A stretch of 63,917 bases of DNA from an uncultured Gammaproteobacteria bacterium (GTDB lineage Bacteria; Patescibacteriota; Patescibacteriia; Magasanikbacterales; GWA2-37-8), in contig CAZMYO010000007.1 of the NCBI GenBank assembly GCA_964570525.1, positions 1-63,917 on the forward strand. Direction: 5' to 3'. Shown piece by piece: positions 40,106 to 49,409 of the stretch. The notes beneath the pieces are model-generated. The model saw nothing but the letters and a program-made list of their open reading frames with translations. It was not told the DNA's origin and made no database searches. Every line of letters starts with the position of its first letter. The first letter of the stretch is position 1. Both the position numbers and the translations under genes were made by a program.

Positions 40106-43100
40106 CTATCTAATTTTATTTTTTTTAATGAAGCCTGCAGCTAAAGACACAATCTTTTTTAGACCGTCTTTCACCAAGAGTCCGCGCGCTCGGGCGAGAA
40201 ATCCAAGGAAAAGCGCGGTAATTCCTCCGGCGGTCGCGGCCAGATATTTTTTTCGTTCCGCCCGGGCGTTGTTTGCTTCAAGCAGGGCCCGTTCTTGTGC
40301 CGCGGTTTCCGAGAGGCCAAGCTCTTTGATATCATCGTTCCCGCGCGGCCACAGTTGCCAACCCGCTTGGCTTTGTTCCAGAATCCCCGTAATTTCTACT
40401 CGTTGCCCCAGAGCAAATTGCTGCCGACCAATATGCGCGCCTTGTTTAAAATATATTTTGAGCTCGCCCGATCCATCATCCAGATAGACAAAGTTACTTT
40501 TTATTTCGGTAATTTCTCCGGTCACTTTAATTAGCGTCCCGAGCACTTCTTCGCTAAGATTATCAAGCGTGATCTGGTTTGGTTCTCCCGTGTTTGGCGC
40601 GGCGATGGCCAAAATATCTATGGCGGTCTTGTCTTTTATTCTCAAGCGTTTCGTCCCGTTAGCGGCACTTATGATGCCAACCGCCTGAACGTAGTCGCCG
40701 AGAGCGAGCTCGGGAAAATCTTTTTTATTTTGATAAATTTGGAGGCCGCCGTTGTCGTCGCTTAAATAAAAATATTGGGCGCTAAAGGTATTGGGGAGCG
40801 CGGTAACAAGGCCGCGCACGGTGAGGTAGGCTCCTTTTTCGATCGTCCGAGCATCGGCCAGGGCGAAGCGACCCCGCGAGGCTACGCGCGGAGAAATTAT
40901 TGCGGTGATTTTTTTACCGGCAACTTGTTGCGGCGCTTGAGTGTTGGCGCGGCCGGGTGTGGGAGTGTTCACCCAATTAAACTCACCGTTCATGAGGGCA
41001 AAGCTTTGCCCCGGCGAGCTTTGGGATAATTTGACGAGATCAACCGGGCGGCGATCGGCGGAGGATAATTCTACCTTATCGCCGGCATTATTAAGATGTA
41101 GACGGGTGGCCAAGCTAAAGAAAGTTAAAAATTCATGCGGCGGCATAATTGTTTTTTCGGGAACGGTGAAAGTTTTTCCATTTTTAATGCCAATCTGCCA
41201 GCCGCTCACGTTCACAGTGCTTGAGCTGTCATTGTAGAGCTCAATGAATTCATTACTATCAACGCCGGCCGGGTTCGGGAAAACTTCATTTATGACTACC
41301 GCGTCGTTGGTGGCTCCATTCCAACCGATTGCAACAGCGAGTTGTTTTTCATCAGCCGTGCCGGCGGAGCTGGTGGCGAAAATGGTGATTGCATAGAGTC
41401 CGGAGGTGGCGAAAGCACGGCTAATTTTTTCTCCCGGGAAGGTAGAGCTGGTATCGCTAAAGTTCCAGAGAAAATGTAGCTCCCCGCCGCGCGGATCGGC
41501 AGTTCCAGCAGCGTCAAAAGTCAACAGTTCTCCGGGTTCGCCGCTAGCTGGCGCGGTAATTTTCCAGAATAAATTTATAGTATCGGGAGTGTCAATGATA
41601 TTCGGCTGGTTTTTGGTAACTTCTTCACTCCAGTGCCAGCCGTTGCTGTCGCGGCTATAGCTCAAACCCTCAAGCGCTTTAAGATAGCTTGCGATATCGG
41701 CAATATCCCCCGCGGGATTATGGAGGCGAATTTCTTCGGCGGTGTTATTCAGCGAGAGGCCGGTTTTGGTTCTTTCCCAGGCCGCAACTTCTCCCGGATT
41801 GATGCTGCCGGTAAGCTTAAATTTTTTAGCCGCGTCGGCTAGGCTCCAGCCGGCCAGGTCAACCGTTGCCGAAGAAATATTTTTAATTTCAATAAATTCA
41901 TCTTCCAGATCTGGTCCCGGCGGATTAGGATAGAGCTCGTTTAAAATAAGTGGCGAGGTAGAGGTGGCAAGACGCGTTTCCGAGGCAACGATTTTTTCTC
42001 CGGCTATTTGTGGAGTAATCGCGGATCCCGATGAGGAGGGTGAAGAGCCGGTTGACGACCCGCCTCCGCTACTACGCTCAACGACTGATGGTGAGACGAT
42101 TGTGTTGGCTAGTCCTGGCGTTGGCTTAATCGTAATCGCCCAGTCGGAATCGCTGCCACTGTCGCGCCCGTCAATTTTTCTGGCGAGAACCAGCCCCTTA
42201 GCGGGAATTAAATTTCCACTGTAGTTGATTTGGTTTATCGTGGCTCCACCAGGATTTTTTAAAGAAACAATGTCTCCGCTATTATTTAAATAACTGTCAG
42301 TCAAAAGATCAACCACGAGCCACCCGCCGGCCGCGATAGTGTTGCCAAGAACTTTGCAGGTGGAGGTGGTATTCCTGGCGTCACAGAGGATTCCGCCGGT
42401 AAGATCGAGATTTTCGGATGAATTGTTATAGAGTTCCACCCACTCATTGCCGGAAGCAGGGTTGGGCAGGAGCTCATTGATTTTTATTTTTAACCATGTT
42501 TCGGAGGTGTTAGGCAAGGAAGTGGCCGGGGACGATGGGCTAGTTGTCGTTGGAGTGGCAGTTACGGCAGCGGCAATGGAGAAATTACTATTGATGAACC
42601 CAAGCGTGTTGCCGGACGCGTGTTCCTGCCAGTTGGCGCTTGTGTAATCGATGAGATTCGGATCGCGGCGCTCCAGTGAAAATTTAGTTGTTGGGAGGTA
42701 AGTAAATTTTTCGATAAAATTGCCACTCGAATCTTTGAGACCGATTTCTTCGCCGTTTTCGCTTAAACTCGTCCAGGACGAATCAAAAACCGATCCGCCG
42801 AATGCCGGATGATCGGCGATGAAGGTGGCGGCGTTCTGGCAGATAGCGGCATATTCGCCTGGGAGAACGATGCTATCCGAGCCCGTCGCGTTGAGGCCAT
42901 GGTTGGTATTATTTTCCCAGAATTTCCAGCCGGTGAGATCGACCGGTTCGTTTCCTTTATTCCAAATTTCAACCCACTCATGCGTGCTCGTGGGGTAGGC
43001 GCCGATTTCGTTAATAATTATGTCGGCGGGGGCGGAGAAAACAGCGGTGAAAACAAAAAAGCCGCCGAAGAGAACGACAGTTAACCAGATTATTATCCTG

Positions 43101-43144
43101 CGGGTGATCCCTCGTAAGGGGAAAAACTTATAGTGTGTGGGCAT
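40106..43144 (-). CDS. large surface protein with four lamin-tail-domain (LTD) repeats, a PKD-like domain and two OB-fold-like modules
   Basis: LTD signatures are IINEIG..EWVEIWN..DLTGW, INELLPNP..EWVELYN..DLTGG, LNELYPNP..EFIEIKN..DLAGW and INEVFPNP..EFIELYN..VSGW. The PKD-like segment is FDAAGTADPRGGELHFLWNFSD. N-terminal and C-terminal hydrophobic anchors are present. Confidence 0.8.
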   Translation of the reverse strand: MPTHYKFFPLRGITRRIIIWLTVVLFGGFFVFTAVFSAPADIIINEIGAYPTSTHEWVEIWNKGNEPVDLTGWKFWENNTNHGLNATGSDSIVLPGEYAAICQNAATFIADHPAFGGSVFDSSWTSLSENGEEIGLKDSSGNFIEKFTYLPTTKFSLERRDPNLIDYTSANWQEHASGNTLGFINSNFSIAAAVTATPTTTSPSSPATSLPNTSETWLKIKINELLPNPASGNEWVELYNNSSENLDLTGGILCDARNTTSTCKVLGNTIAAGGWLVVDLLTDSYLNNSGDIVSLKNPGGATINQINYSGNLIPAKGLVLARKIDGRDSGSDSDWAITIKPTPGLANTIVSPSVVERSSGGGSSTGSSPSSSGSAITPQIAGEKIVASETRLATSTSPLILNELYPNPPGPDLEDEFIEIKNISSATVDLAGWSLADAAKKFKLTGSINPGEVAAWERTKTGLSLNNTAEEIRLHNPAGDIADIASYLKALEGLSYSRDSNGWHWSEEVTKNQPNIIDTPDTINLFWKITAPASGEPGELLTFDAAGTADPRGGELHFLWNFSDTSSTFPGEKISRAFATSGLYAITIFATSSAGTADEKQLAVAIGWNGATNDAVVINEVFPNPAGVDSNEFIELYNDSSSTVNVSGWQIGIKNGKTFTVPEKTIMPPHEFLTFFSLATRLHLNNAGDKVELSSADRRPVDLVKLSQSSPGQSFALMNGEFNWVNTPTPGRANTQAPQQVAGKKITAIISPRVASRGRFALADARTIEKGAYLTVRGLVTALPNTFSAQYFYLSDDNGGLQIYQNKKDFPELALGDYVQAVGIISAANGTKRLRIKDKTAIDILAIAAPNTGEPNQITLDNLSEEVLGTLIKVTGEITEIKSNFVYLDDGSGELKIYFKQGAHIGRQQFALGQRVEITGILEQSQAGWQLWPRGNDDIKELGLSETAAQERALLEANNARAERKKYLAATAGGITALFLGFLARARGLLVKDGLKKIVSLAAGFIKKNKIR

Positions 43145-43274
43145 AGAAACCGCTCATTAGCCCCTCCCGGAGAAAACTGATTTCAGTATAGCAAAAGCGT
43201 TTAGGGAGTCAACTCCGATTGTTTAGAAAAAGCCCCCGGCGTTATGCCGGGGGGTACTCGTTGTTCGAGATTTT

Positions 43275-43913
43275 TTACTTCCCGAAAAGGCCGAAGTGGC
43301 CTTGGGACGGGATGAACACCGGGTGCTCGTCGCCGATCGCTTTCAGAACTTCTTCCGTCTCCTGGCGCCAGCGCAGGTCGGAGGGCATGAGATCTTCGGT
43401 AAGAAAGCAGTCGTCAGCGCCAGCCCTGGTAAGGAACAGGGCGACAACCGGAGAAGTGTGCCCGCCATGGAAGAATTCGTTTACTTCTTCGGCGCGCTCT
43501 CGGCGAGTTCGTTCCTGGCCCAAGAAGTCGGCACCGTGGTCGTAGAGCTGGAGGCCGGCTTTGGTAATGCCAACCAGGCTTCCTCCGGCCAGACAGCGAC
43601 CGATGGTGATTCCGCTCTCACCACGCAGAGCGATTTTTGTTACTACCGGCTTGTGGCCCGGCGGGCCACAATTTACCCGATAGACTGATCGCGAGTGGGA
43701 GCTCACTGTTACTGCAAAAAACTCTTGGAGCGGAAGCGGCTTTGGCGTGCCATGCTTGGCATAGTAGATGTTCCGTTCCTGCCAGCACTCGGCGCAGTTT
43801 TTTATGGTGACGCCGGTGGGAGCGAGCGGCCCCCAGTGTCGGATCGTGACACCCTGCTTGCCGCAGTCGATACAGGATCTTCTCGGCCAGTCCCCGCGCA
43901 ACGTGTCAGCCAT
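43275..43913 (-). CDS. hypothetical protein with N-terminal zinc ribbon (212 aa, GC-rich orphan)
   Basis: ATG lies 5 nt after GGAGG. Cys pairs are CIDCG and CAECW. It has its own promoter. Confidence 0.65.
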   Translation of the reverse strand: MADTLRGDWPRRSCIDCGKQGVTIRHWGPLAPTGVTIKNCAECWQERNIYYAKHGTPKPLPLQEFFAVTVSSHSRSVYRVNCGPPGHKPVVTKIALRGESGITIGRCLAGGSLVGITKAGLQLYDHGADFLGQERTRRERAEEVNEFFHGGHTSPVVALFLTRAGADDCFLTEDLMPSDLRWRQETEEVLKAIGDEHPVFIPSQGHFGLFGK

Positions 43914-43942
43914 GGCAGCCTCCGTGGTTGTTGGATAACGCT

Positions 43943-43971
43943 ATTAAAGCAGAGAAGAGCTGTTTTGTCAA
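43943..43971 (-). promoter_or_regulatory. sigma70-like promoter (TTGACA-N17-TTTAAT) for the 43913 orphan
   Basis: Read on the minus strand, immediately after the pncB terminator. Confidence 0.55.
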
Positions 43972-43974
43972 TCC

Positions 43975-44009
43975 CAAAAAAGAAAGCCCCGAACGTGCTA
44001 GCTCGGGGC
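43975..44009 (-). terminator. rho-independent terminator of pncAB
   Basis: On the minus strand, GCCCCGAGCTAGCACGTTCGGGGC followed by TTTCTTTTTT. Confidence 0.8.
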
Positions 44010-44028
44010 ATTGTTTCTAAAAAATAAA

Positions 44029-45294
44029 TCAAGAGAGGCACTCGGCCGTTTCGGTACAGGTGTAACCAGCGGCTCGTTTGTAACGCTCGATCTCTTGAGG
44101 ATCACCCATGGCTTTTGCCGGGTTATCGCTCAATTTTACCGTCGATCGGCCATCCGCTTTAGAGATTTTTACCACAATCGAAATTGGCTTCAGTCCGAGA
44201 TCGTTAGTCAGGTTTGTGCCAACGCCGAAAGTATGACCGATTCGTCCGCCAAGGCGGCGGTGTAAGTCGATCATTAATTCAACATGTAGCTGATCGCTGA
44301 AAACGATGAGTTTATTTTCCGGTTGAACGCCATGCCGACGGTACCACTCTATCGCTTTTTCGCTGTAGTCGCTTGGATCGCCAGAATCTTGGCGCGTACC
44401 CTTCCAATCGCGCGCCACATCAGCTGGCGCAGTTCTGAAAAAGAAGTCGCTTCCGAAGGTATCGACAAGTGCGATGGAAAGACCAGAGCCATACAGACCA
44501 TACCAGCCGCGGAGAACTTCGTTTTGTGCGTCGCTCAAGATCTCCGAATCCGGTCGATCTCCGTTGGCCCCCGCAAACGCACGAGCCGCAATAACCACTG
44601 GAAGTTCGTGGGCAGAAGTCCCCATCGGCAGCAAACCATGCTTCATGGCATAGAGCACGTTGGAAGTACCTCGCAGCTGATGTGGCAACTCCTCTTTAAG
44701 AACACCAATCACGTAGTCATGCCATAGGCCGCTGAAGCGGCGGCGAGTGCCAAAATCACTCAAGGTGATGTCGGGATGCTGGCGCAAAGCTTGGATTTTT
44801 TGCAGCAATCGAGCGGTGCCGTCGGCATACACAGCATCTCGTTCAAAACGACTTCTATTTTCGAGCTGGGCTCGATAATAGAGCTCGTTGATGATGGAAA
44901 GGGCTATTGTTTCCCAATACATCACCTTCGGCCACGGGCCGGAAAACTCCAGCCGGTAATCGTCTCCGACTCGCTCGAGATCGTAGGGCGGCAACTCCAT
45001 ATCACGCAAGAATTGCAGAAAATCCTCGCCGAACATTCTATCGCCATATTCATTGGTTCCGCGAAGATAGTGTAGCTCGCTGTTGTTGAGGTGGAGTTTC
45101 CGCACATGATCCAATTCTCTCCGCAAATCGCTTCCGCGGATACACCGAGCAAGAGGCACCCCGGAGCGATTGATGAGACTAAACACAACTTTTATGTCTC
45201 GATAGCAACGGAAAACCAATTGTCCCATTGTAAACTTATAAAAGTCGATGTCCAGCAGCGACTGAATAATCGGATCATCACGCGTCCACTTCAT
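44029..45294 (-). CDS. pncB: nicotinate phosphoribosyltransferase
   Basis: 421 aa with an N-terminal LLDIDFYKFTMGQ signature. Its start overlaps the pncA stop by 17 nt. Confidence 0.88.
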   Translation of the reverse strand: MKWTRDDPIIQSLLDIDFYKFTMGQLVFRCYRDIKVVFSLINRSGVPLARCIRGSDLRRELDHVRKLHLNNSELHYLRGTNEYGDRMFGEDFLQFLRDMELPPYDLERVGDDYRLEFSGPWPKVMYWETIALSIINELYYRAQLENRSRFERDAVYADGTARLLQKIQALRQHPDITLSDFGTRRRFSGLWHDYVIGVLKEELPHQLRGTSNVLYAMKHGLLPMGTSAHELPVVIAARAFAGANGDRPDSEILSDAQNEVLRGWYGLYGSGLSIALVDTFGSDFFFRTAPADVARDWKGTRQDSGDPSDYSEKAIEWYRRHGVQPENKLIVFSDQLHVELMIDLHRRLGGRIGHTFGVGTNLTNDLGLKPISIVVKISKADGRSTVKLSDNPAKAMGDPQEIERYKRAAGYTCTETAECLS

Positions 45295-45835
45295 TGAGCA
45301 CCTCTTTGGTAGTTACGATTCCCGCGCCAGCATTTCGCATTTCTTCGATGGCTTTTTCGCCATCAGCTGGCTTGAGGTTCACAGCCCGACACGCATCAAG
45401 CATAAGAATGACGCGGTATCCCAACTCAAGCGCCTTTTTCACCGTCCAGAGCACGCAATAATCGGTGGCCAGTCCGCCGATGTAAAGCCGTGTCGCTTCC
45501 GGTCTCATCCCGCCATCAAAGGCGGAATAGTCATCGGCATCTCCCAGCCCCTTGGAAATTACTTGAAATTTGGGATAGTTCACGGGTAAACGGAGATTGG
45601 GGTGAAACTCGGCACCCGGTGTATTCTGTACGCAATGTACCGGCCATTTTTCGAAATGCCTCGTTTTAGCAGGATGCCAATCGCGGGAAGCGTAGATTTC
45701 CCAGCCCTGTTGCGCCGCGAAATCAATCATGCGATTGAGCGGGTCGATGACGTGATCGCCGTTCGGCACAGCAAGTGAACCGCCGGGACAAAAATCTTTC
45801 TGAACATCAACTACTACCAGCGCTTTCTTCGCCAT
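45278..45835 (-). CDS. pncA: nicotinamidase / isochorismatase family hydrolase
   Basis: MAKKALVVVDVQKDFCPGGSLAV and the catalytic Cys context GGLATDYCV. The start is at Met-110 of the track ORF. The upstream 109 codons have no family resemblance. Confidence 0.85.
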   Translation of the reverse strand: MAKKALVVVDVQKDFCPGGSLAVPNGDHVIDPLNRMIDFAAQQGWEIYASRDWHPAKTRHFEKWPVHCVQNTPGAEFHPNLRLPVNYPKFQVISKGLGDADDYSAFDGGMRPEATRLYIGGLATDYCVLWTVKKALELGYRVILMLDACRAVNLKPADGEKAIEEMRNAGAGIVTTKEVLNEVDA

Positions 45836-46003
45836 GACGCCGTCTCCTTTTTGGAAGGTTGTCCCAACAAATCTATGGCGTATTATACACACCTCCAAAA
45901 TAAGCGCAAGTTTTTTCTTGAAAATTACTCTTGAAAATTTTTTTGTTTTGCTGTACAAAGACTGTGGCTCTTTCCAACCAAAGACATTGCCAAGGAGGAC
46001 CAG

Positions 46004-46885
46004 ATGAGCATCCGACTGATCAACTTTGAGAGTCTGCCCTGCTGGTACGAGCTCTCGTGGCAAAAACTCGGAACCATGATCTTGCTCCGGGTACATGAAG
46101 ATTTCATCAAGCACGCGGGGAACATCCCCGCCGACTACTCGCTGGTTGCCGAGCTCCAGCAAAATTTCAGCTTCGTCAGCTTTGCCGGCAGCTTTGATAA
46201 AGACTTTGGCTTCAGCCGCTCTTTTATCCGCCGAGAAAAAAATAATGGCTTCGTGACCTTCGCGATCCCGGTGCCGCTGGTTAGAAAATTAACCGGCAAA
46301 CCCTGCGAAATTTGCGGTGACATCTATGATGTGCGGAAGGGACTCTGCCTGTTTTGTGGTGGAGTCGGAAAAGGGCACACTCTCGACTGGCCAACGGCTT
46401 TCGCGATTTCAGCGAGCTTCACAGTCTTTTTTAGCTGGGCGCAACTTTTCCAGAAAATCACCTCTGCCAAAAGAACCCAGCTCTTCACCGTGGAAACCGC
46501 CGCCAGAAGCGGTATGAACGGCGGTTCCTTAAGCGGAACCTACAGCATCCCGCTAACCAAGTGGCTTGGTTCTCGCGAAATTGGAAAAAATATTCCCGAA
46601 TTGATCGAGGCCATGAGCGCCACCTATCAACGCCTGTTCGGTCCAAACTTCGCGCCGGTCGCGGACGAACTTCAGGCGTATGTAGCCGACAAAAGGGGTT
46701 GGCTCAACGTCATCGGCCCACACCGCTGTTCTCTTTGCCCCTCGGAAACAACAATGATGGCGGAATGTGGCTACGACTTCACTTGCCACAATGTGGATTC
46801 GCCCATGCAACAGCTGGTATTGCTCGCGGGTCTTTCCGCCCTCCATGACCTCGCGCGGCGCGAGGGAGTGGGAACGCTAATCTAA
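46004..46885 (+). CDS. hypothetical protein with CxxC pairs (293 aa, orphan divergent from pncA)
   Basis: ATG lies 5 nt after AGGAGG. Cys pairs are CEICG, CLFCGG and CSLC. No family is recognisable. Confidence 0.65.
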   Translation: MSIRLINFESLPCWYELSWQKLGTMILLRVHEDFIKHAGNIPADYSLVAELQQNFSFVSFAGSFDKDFGFSRSFIRREKNNGFVTFAIPVPLVRKLTGKPCEICGDIYDVRKGLCLFCGGVGKGHTLDWPTAFAISASFTVFFSWAQLFQKITSAKRTQLFTVETAARSGMNGGSLSGTYSIPLTKWLGSREIGKNIPELIEAMSATYQRLFGPNFAPVADELQAYVADKRGWLNVIGPHRCSLCPSETTMMAECGYDFTCHNVDSPMQQLVLLAGLSALHDLARREGVGTLI

Positions 46886-46938
46886 AAAAGGCCCCCCGAC
46901 GTTCCGCCAACCGGCGGAGTCTGGGGGCTTTCTTTTTT
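46885..46938. terminator. bidirectional compound hairpin terminator
   Basis: aaaaaaggcccccc..ccgccaaccggcgg..gggggctttctttttt. Confidence 0.7.
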
Positions 46939-48371
46939 TACTTCACCTCCAACAAATCATGCGGGCCGCTTTCGCGCGCCCCGGCGGTAGTAATCTGAAC
47001 GAACTCAACATTATTTTGAAGCTCCGCGATGGTGTGTGAATTGGTGTAGCTCATACCGGATTTGAGGCCGCCGATGAGTTGCCCGATAAGATCGGTTACC
47101 GGGCCTTTGTAGGGCACCACCGACTCGGTGCCTTCGGGCACGACCTCGCTCAAGTTTTTTGTTTCTTGTTGAAGAGTTTTTCGGCGCTGGGCCACGGCAA
47201 AGCTCGCGCTGCCGCGGCAGACTTTGTATTTTTTATCGCCGCGGGTCATTACCACTCCCGGGCTTTCCTTGGTTCCAGCCAAGAGGCCGCCCAGCATTAC
47301 CGTATCCGCGCCGGCGCCGAGCGCTTTTACAATATCACCGGATTTTTGAATACCGCCGTCGGCAATTACCGGAACACCATATTTTTTCGCTACTTCAGCG
47401 GTTTCTAACACGGCCGTAAGCTGGGGTACGCCGCAGCCCGTAACCAGGCGGGTAATACAGGTAGTTCCCGGGCCAACTCCGACTTTAATAGCATCCACGC
47501 CAGCCTCGCAGAGTTCGCGCGCCGCCGCGGCGGTGGCAATGTTGCCGGCGATGAGCTGGGCGTTAGGGCAGGCTTCGCGCAAACGCACAATCGCGTTAAA
47601 CATAATATCGGAGTGCCCATGAGCGATATCAATAACCAGAACATCGGCGCCGGCGCGGGAGAGTTCTAGCGCCCGTTCTACATAGTCGCCCTGCACGCCA
47701 ACCGATCCGCCGACCATTAATCGTCCGGCGACATCAATATTAGCCAGCGGGTAGTCGATTAAATTTTTAATATCCGCCGCGGTGATGAGACCGACGATAA
47801 CATCGTTTTCATCGACGAGCGGCAGTTTTTCTATTTTATTTTGCCCCATTTTCTCTCTAGCTTCTTTAAAGGTGGTGGCGCGGTGGCCAACGACAACTTT
47901 CTCGCGCGGCGTCATCACGTATTCAATAAGCTGGCCATCATCTCGCGCGAACAAGAGGTCGCGGCTCGAGAGCACGCCCCGCAGTCGGCAGTCGCCGTTC
48001 GCGACGAGTAAACCGCCTACCCCATAGTGCGCGATAAATTTTTTGGCTTCGCCAATGGTTTTGGTGGGGGCGATGGTGTAGGGGTCGGCGATAATAAAAT
48101 TTTGGGCGCGCTTCACGCGTTTAATTTCTTCCACATTTTCTTCAATCGTCATGAAACGGTGAATAATGCTGATGCCGCCGAGGCGCGCCAAGGCGATAGC
48201 CATTTCAGATTCGCTCACCGTGTCCATATTGGCGCTCACGATTGGGATTTTGAGAAAAACCTTTTTAGTTAAACGCGCCGTGGTAACGGCTTCATTGCGT
48301 GAAATAAGGGTAGATCGTTTAGGTACAACCAGTACATCGTCGTAAGTGAGAGCCAGCGGGATAGAACGCAT
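46938..48371 (-). CDS. guaB: IMP dehydrogenase
   Basis: 477 aa with catalytic loop [11 protein letters not shown], a CBS pair in the N-terminal half and [18 protein letters not shown]. Confidence 0.93.
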   Translation of the reverse strand: MRSIPLALTYDDVLVVPKRSTLISRNEAVTTARLTKKVFLKIPIVSANMDTVSESEMAIALARLGGISIIHRFMTIEENVEEIKRVKRAQNFIIADPYTIAPTKTIGEAKKFIAHYGVGGLLVANGDCRLRGVLSSRDLLFARDDGQLIEYVMTPREKVVVGHRATTFKEAREKMGQNKIEKLPLVDENDVIVGLITAADIKNLIDYPLANIDVAGRLMVGGSVGVQGDYVERALELSRAGADVLVIDIAHGHSDIMFNAIVRLREACPNAQLIAGNIATAAAARELCEAGVDAIKVGVGPGTTCITRLVTGCGVPQLTAVLETAEVAKKYGVPVIADGGIQKSGDIVKALGAGADTVMLGGLLAGTKESPGVVMTRGDKKYKVCRGSASFAVAQRRKTLQQETKNLSEVVPEGTESVVPYKGPVTDLIGQLIGGLKSGMSYTNSHTIAELQNNVEFVQITTAGARESGPHDLLEVK

Positions 48372-48624
48372 AAAATTTGTTTAAAGCTAAATTCCACACC
48401 TTGGGGATTATATCACTAGTATCAGGGCGCTGCCAACTCTGTCTCGATGCCCATCGGAATGAGGTTAGAATGTTTCTGGGAAATCCGCCAGAGGCGGATT
48501 GTTATTCCCAACAAAATTTACTGCGTCTAACGACTTATAAATTTTGGGCGAGTAACAAAAAGAAAAAGCCCGCCGGTGTTTTACCGAGCGGGCGGATTAT
48601 TTGGGAGTGTAGCTTACTTGCTCA

Positions 48625-49044
48625 CTACTCTTTTTCAGCTTCTTCAGCTTTAGCGGCGGGGGTCGTGTACGAGCTGCTCTTGACGTTGTAGAGACGTTCA
48701 CGGATCACACCGCAGGCCTCTTTGGTCAGACCCAGCTCCTTGAACGCGTTGTTCCAATTCCCGCCCACGACCTGCACACGGTTGTACAGACCAGAGATGT
48801 GAACGAGGTTGCCGGTACCGTTTTCTTTCCAGTAAATGCCGTCGGATTGCGGCTCATTATCGATCGAGGTGTCCTGGAGCGCCCAACAGCGGAATGGCCG
48901 TCCTTCGAGATCCATCTGCACCACGACCCAGTCGGCGCCGAAATTCTCGGCTTGGCAGGATGAGCACGATCGGCTAATCCCCGCGCACCCGACGAGCAGG
49001 AGTGCGTACATGGCGGTCAAACTGCTGAAACGTCGCTTTTTCAT
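48625..49044 (-). CDS. hypothetical lipoprotein (139 aa, GC-rich orphan)
   Basis: Lipobox LLLVGC after a basic N-terminus. ATG lies 4 nt after GGAGGG. Confidence 0.7.
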   Translation of the reverse strand: MKKRRFSSLTAMYALLLVGCAGISRSCSSCQAENFGADWVVVQMDLEGRPFRCWALQDTSIDNEPQSDGIYWKENGTGNLVHISGLYNRVQVVGGNWNNAFKELGLTKEACGVIRERLYNVKSSSYTTPAAKAEEAEKE

Positions 49045-49086
49045 TGGTCCCTCCGTGTTGCCCGTAAGTCTGTACGGGATAAAAAC

Positions 49087-49115
49087 ATACTAGCTTTTTG
49101 ATTATAATTTGTCAA
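49087..49115 (-). promoter_or_regulatory. sigma70-like promoter (TTGACA-N17-TAGTAT) for the 49044 lipoprotein gene
   Basis: Read on the minus strand. Confidence 0.55.
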
Positions 49116-49163
49116 TAGCTAACACTACGATAGTCGATATGCAGTTAAATTAAAATTATTTTT

Positions 49164-49185
49164 TGTATACACTACTCTAGACAAA
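49164..49185. repeat. direct repeat tgtatacactactctagacaaa (copy 1)
   Basis: Similar to 49277-49298 (tgtgtatactagtgtagacaaa). Confidence 0.6.
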
Positions 49186-49186
49186 C

Positions 49187-49195
49187 TGTGGATAA
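49187..49195. promoter_or_regulatory. perfect DnaA box (tgtggataa)
   Basis: It is the reverse complement of TTATCCACA (9 of 9) in an ORF-free AT-rich region. Confidence 0.5.
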
Positions 49196-49276
49196 CTTTG
49201 TGCATAGACATCAAAAACTGGGTATAAGTTTAGTATCACAAGGTATATTTTTCTTTTATTTTAGCCAAAATTAATT

Positions 49277-49298
49277 TGTGTATACTAGTGTAGACAAA
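49277..49298. repeat. direct repeat tgtgtatactagtgtagacaaa (copy 2)
   Basis: See 49164-49185. Confidence 0.6.
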
Positions 49299-49374
49299 TT
49301 TTTTAGCAAAATCGAGTGGTTTTTAGTAATTTTTTGGCTAACCCAAGCTATTTTTTTGCTAAAATTGCTTACTA

Positions 49375-49403
49375 TTGACAAATTCACCAATCTATGTTAT
49401 ACT
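49375..49403 (+). promoter_or_regulatory. sigma70-like promoter (TTGACA-N17-TATACT) with no ORF downstream
   Basis: Perfect -35, 17-nt spacer and a near-consensus -10. Confidence 0.6.
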
Positions 49404-49409
49404 TAATAA

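Noticed and set aside
45781-45900. Apparent +1/-1 frame discrepancy when I hand-indexed pncA across two line breaks
   Set aside because: The ORF track shows one continuous frame with a sensible protein. I attribute the discrepancy to my own character counting. I took the start (45835) from the track arithmetic. Treat it as accurate to within 1 nt.
45836-46162. 109-codon N-terminal extension of the pncA track ORF (TTG start)
   Set aside because: It has no similarity to isochorismatase-family proteins, which begin at MAKKALVVVDVQ. The extension would also overlap the divergent 46004 gene.
48377-48691. 104-aa plus-strand ORF after guaB
   Set aside because: It starts inside the guaB promoter region and overlaps the 3' end of the convergent lipoprotein gene. 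It has no SD site or motif.
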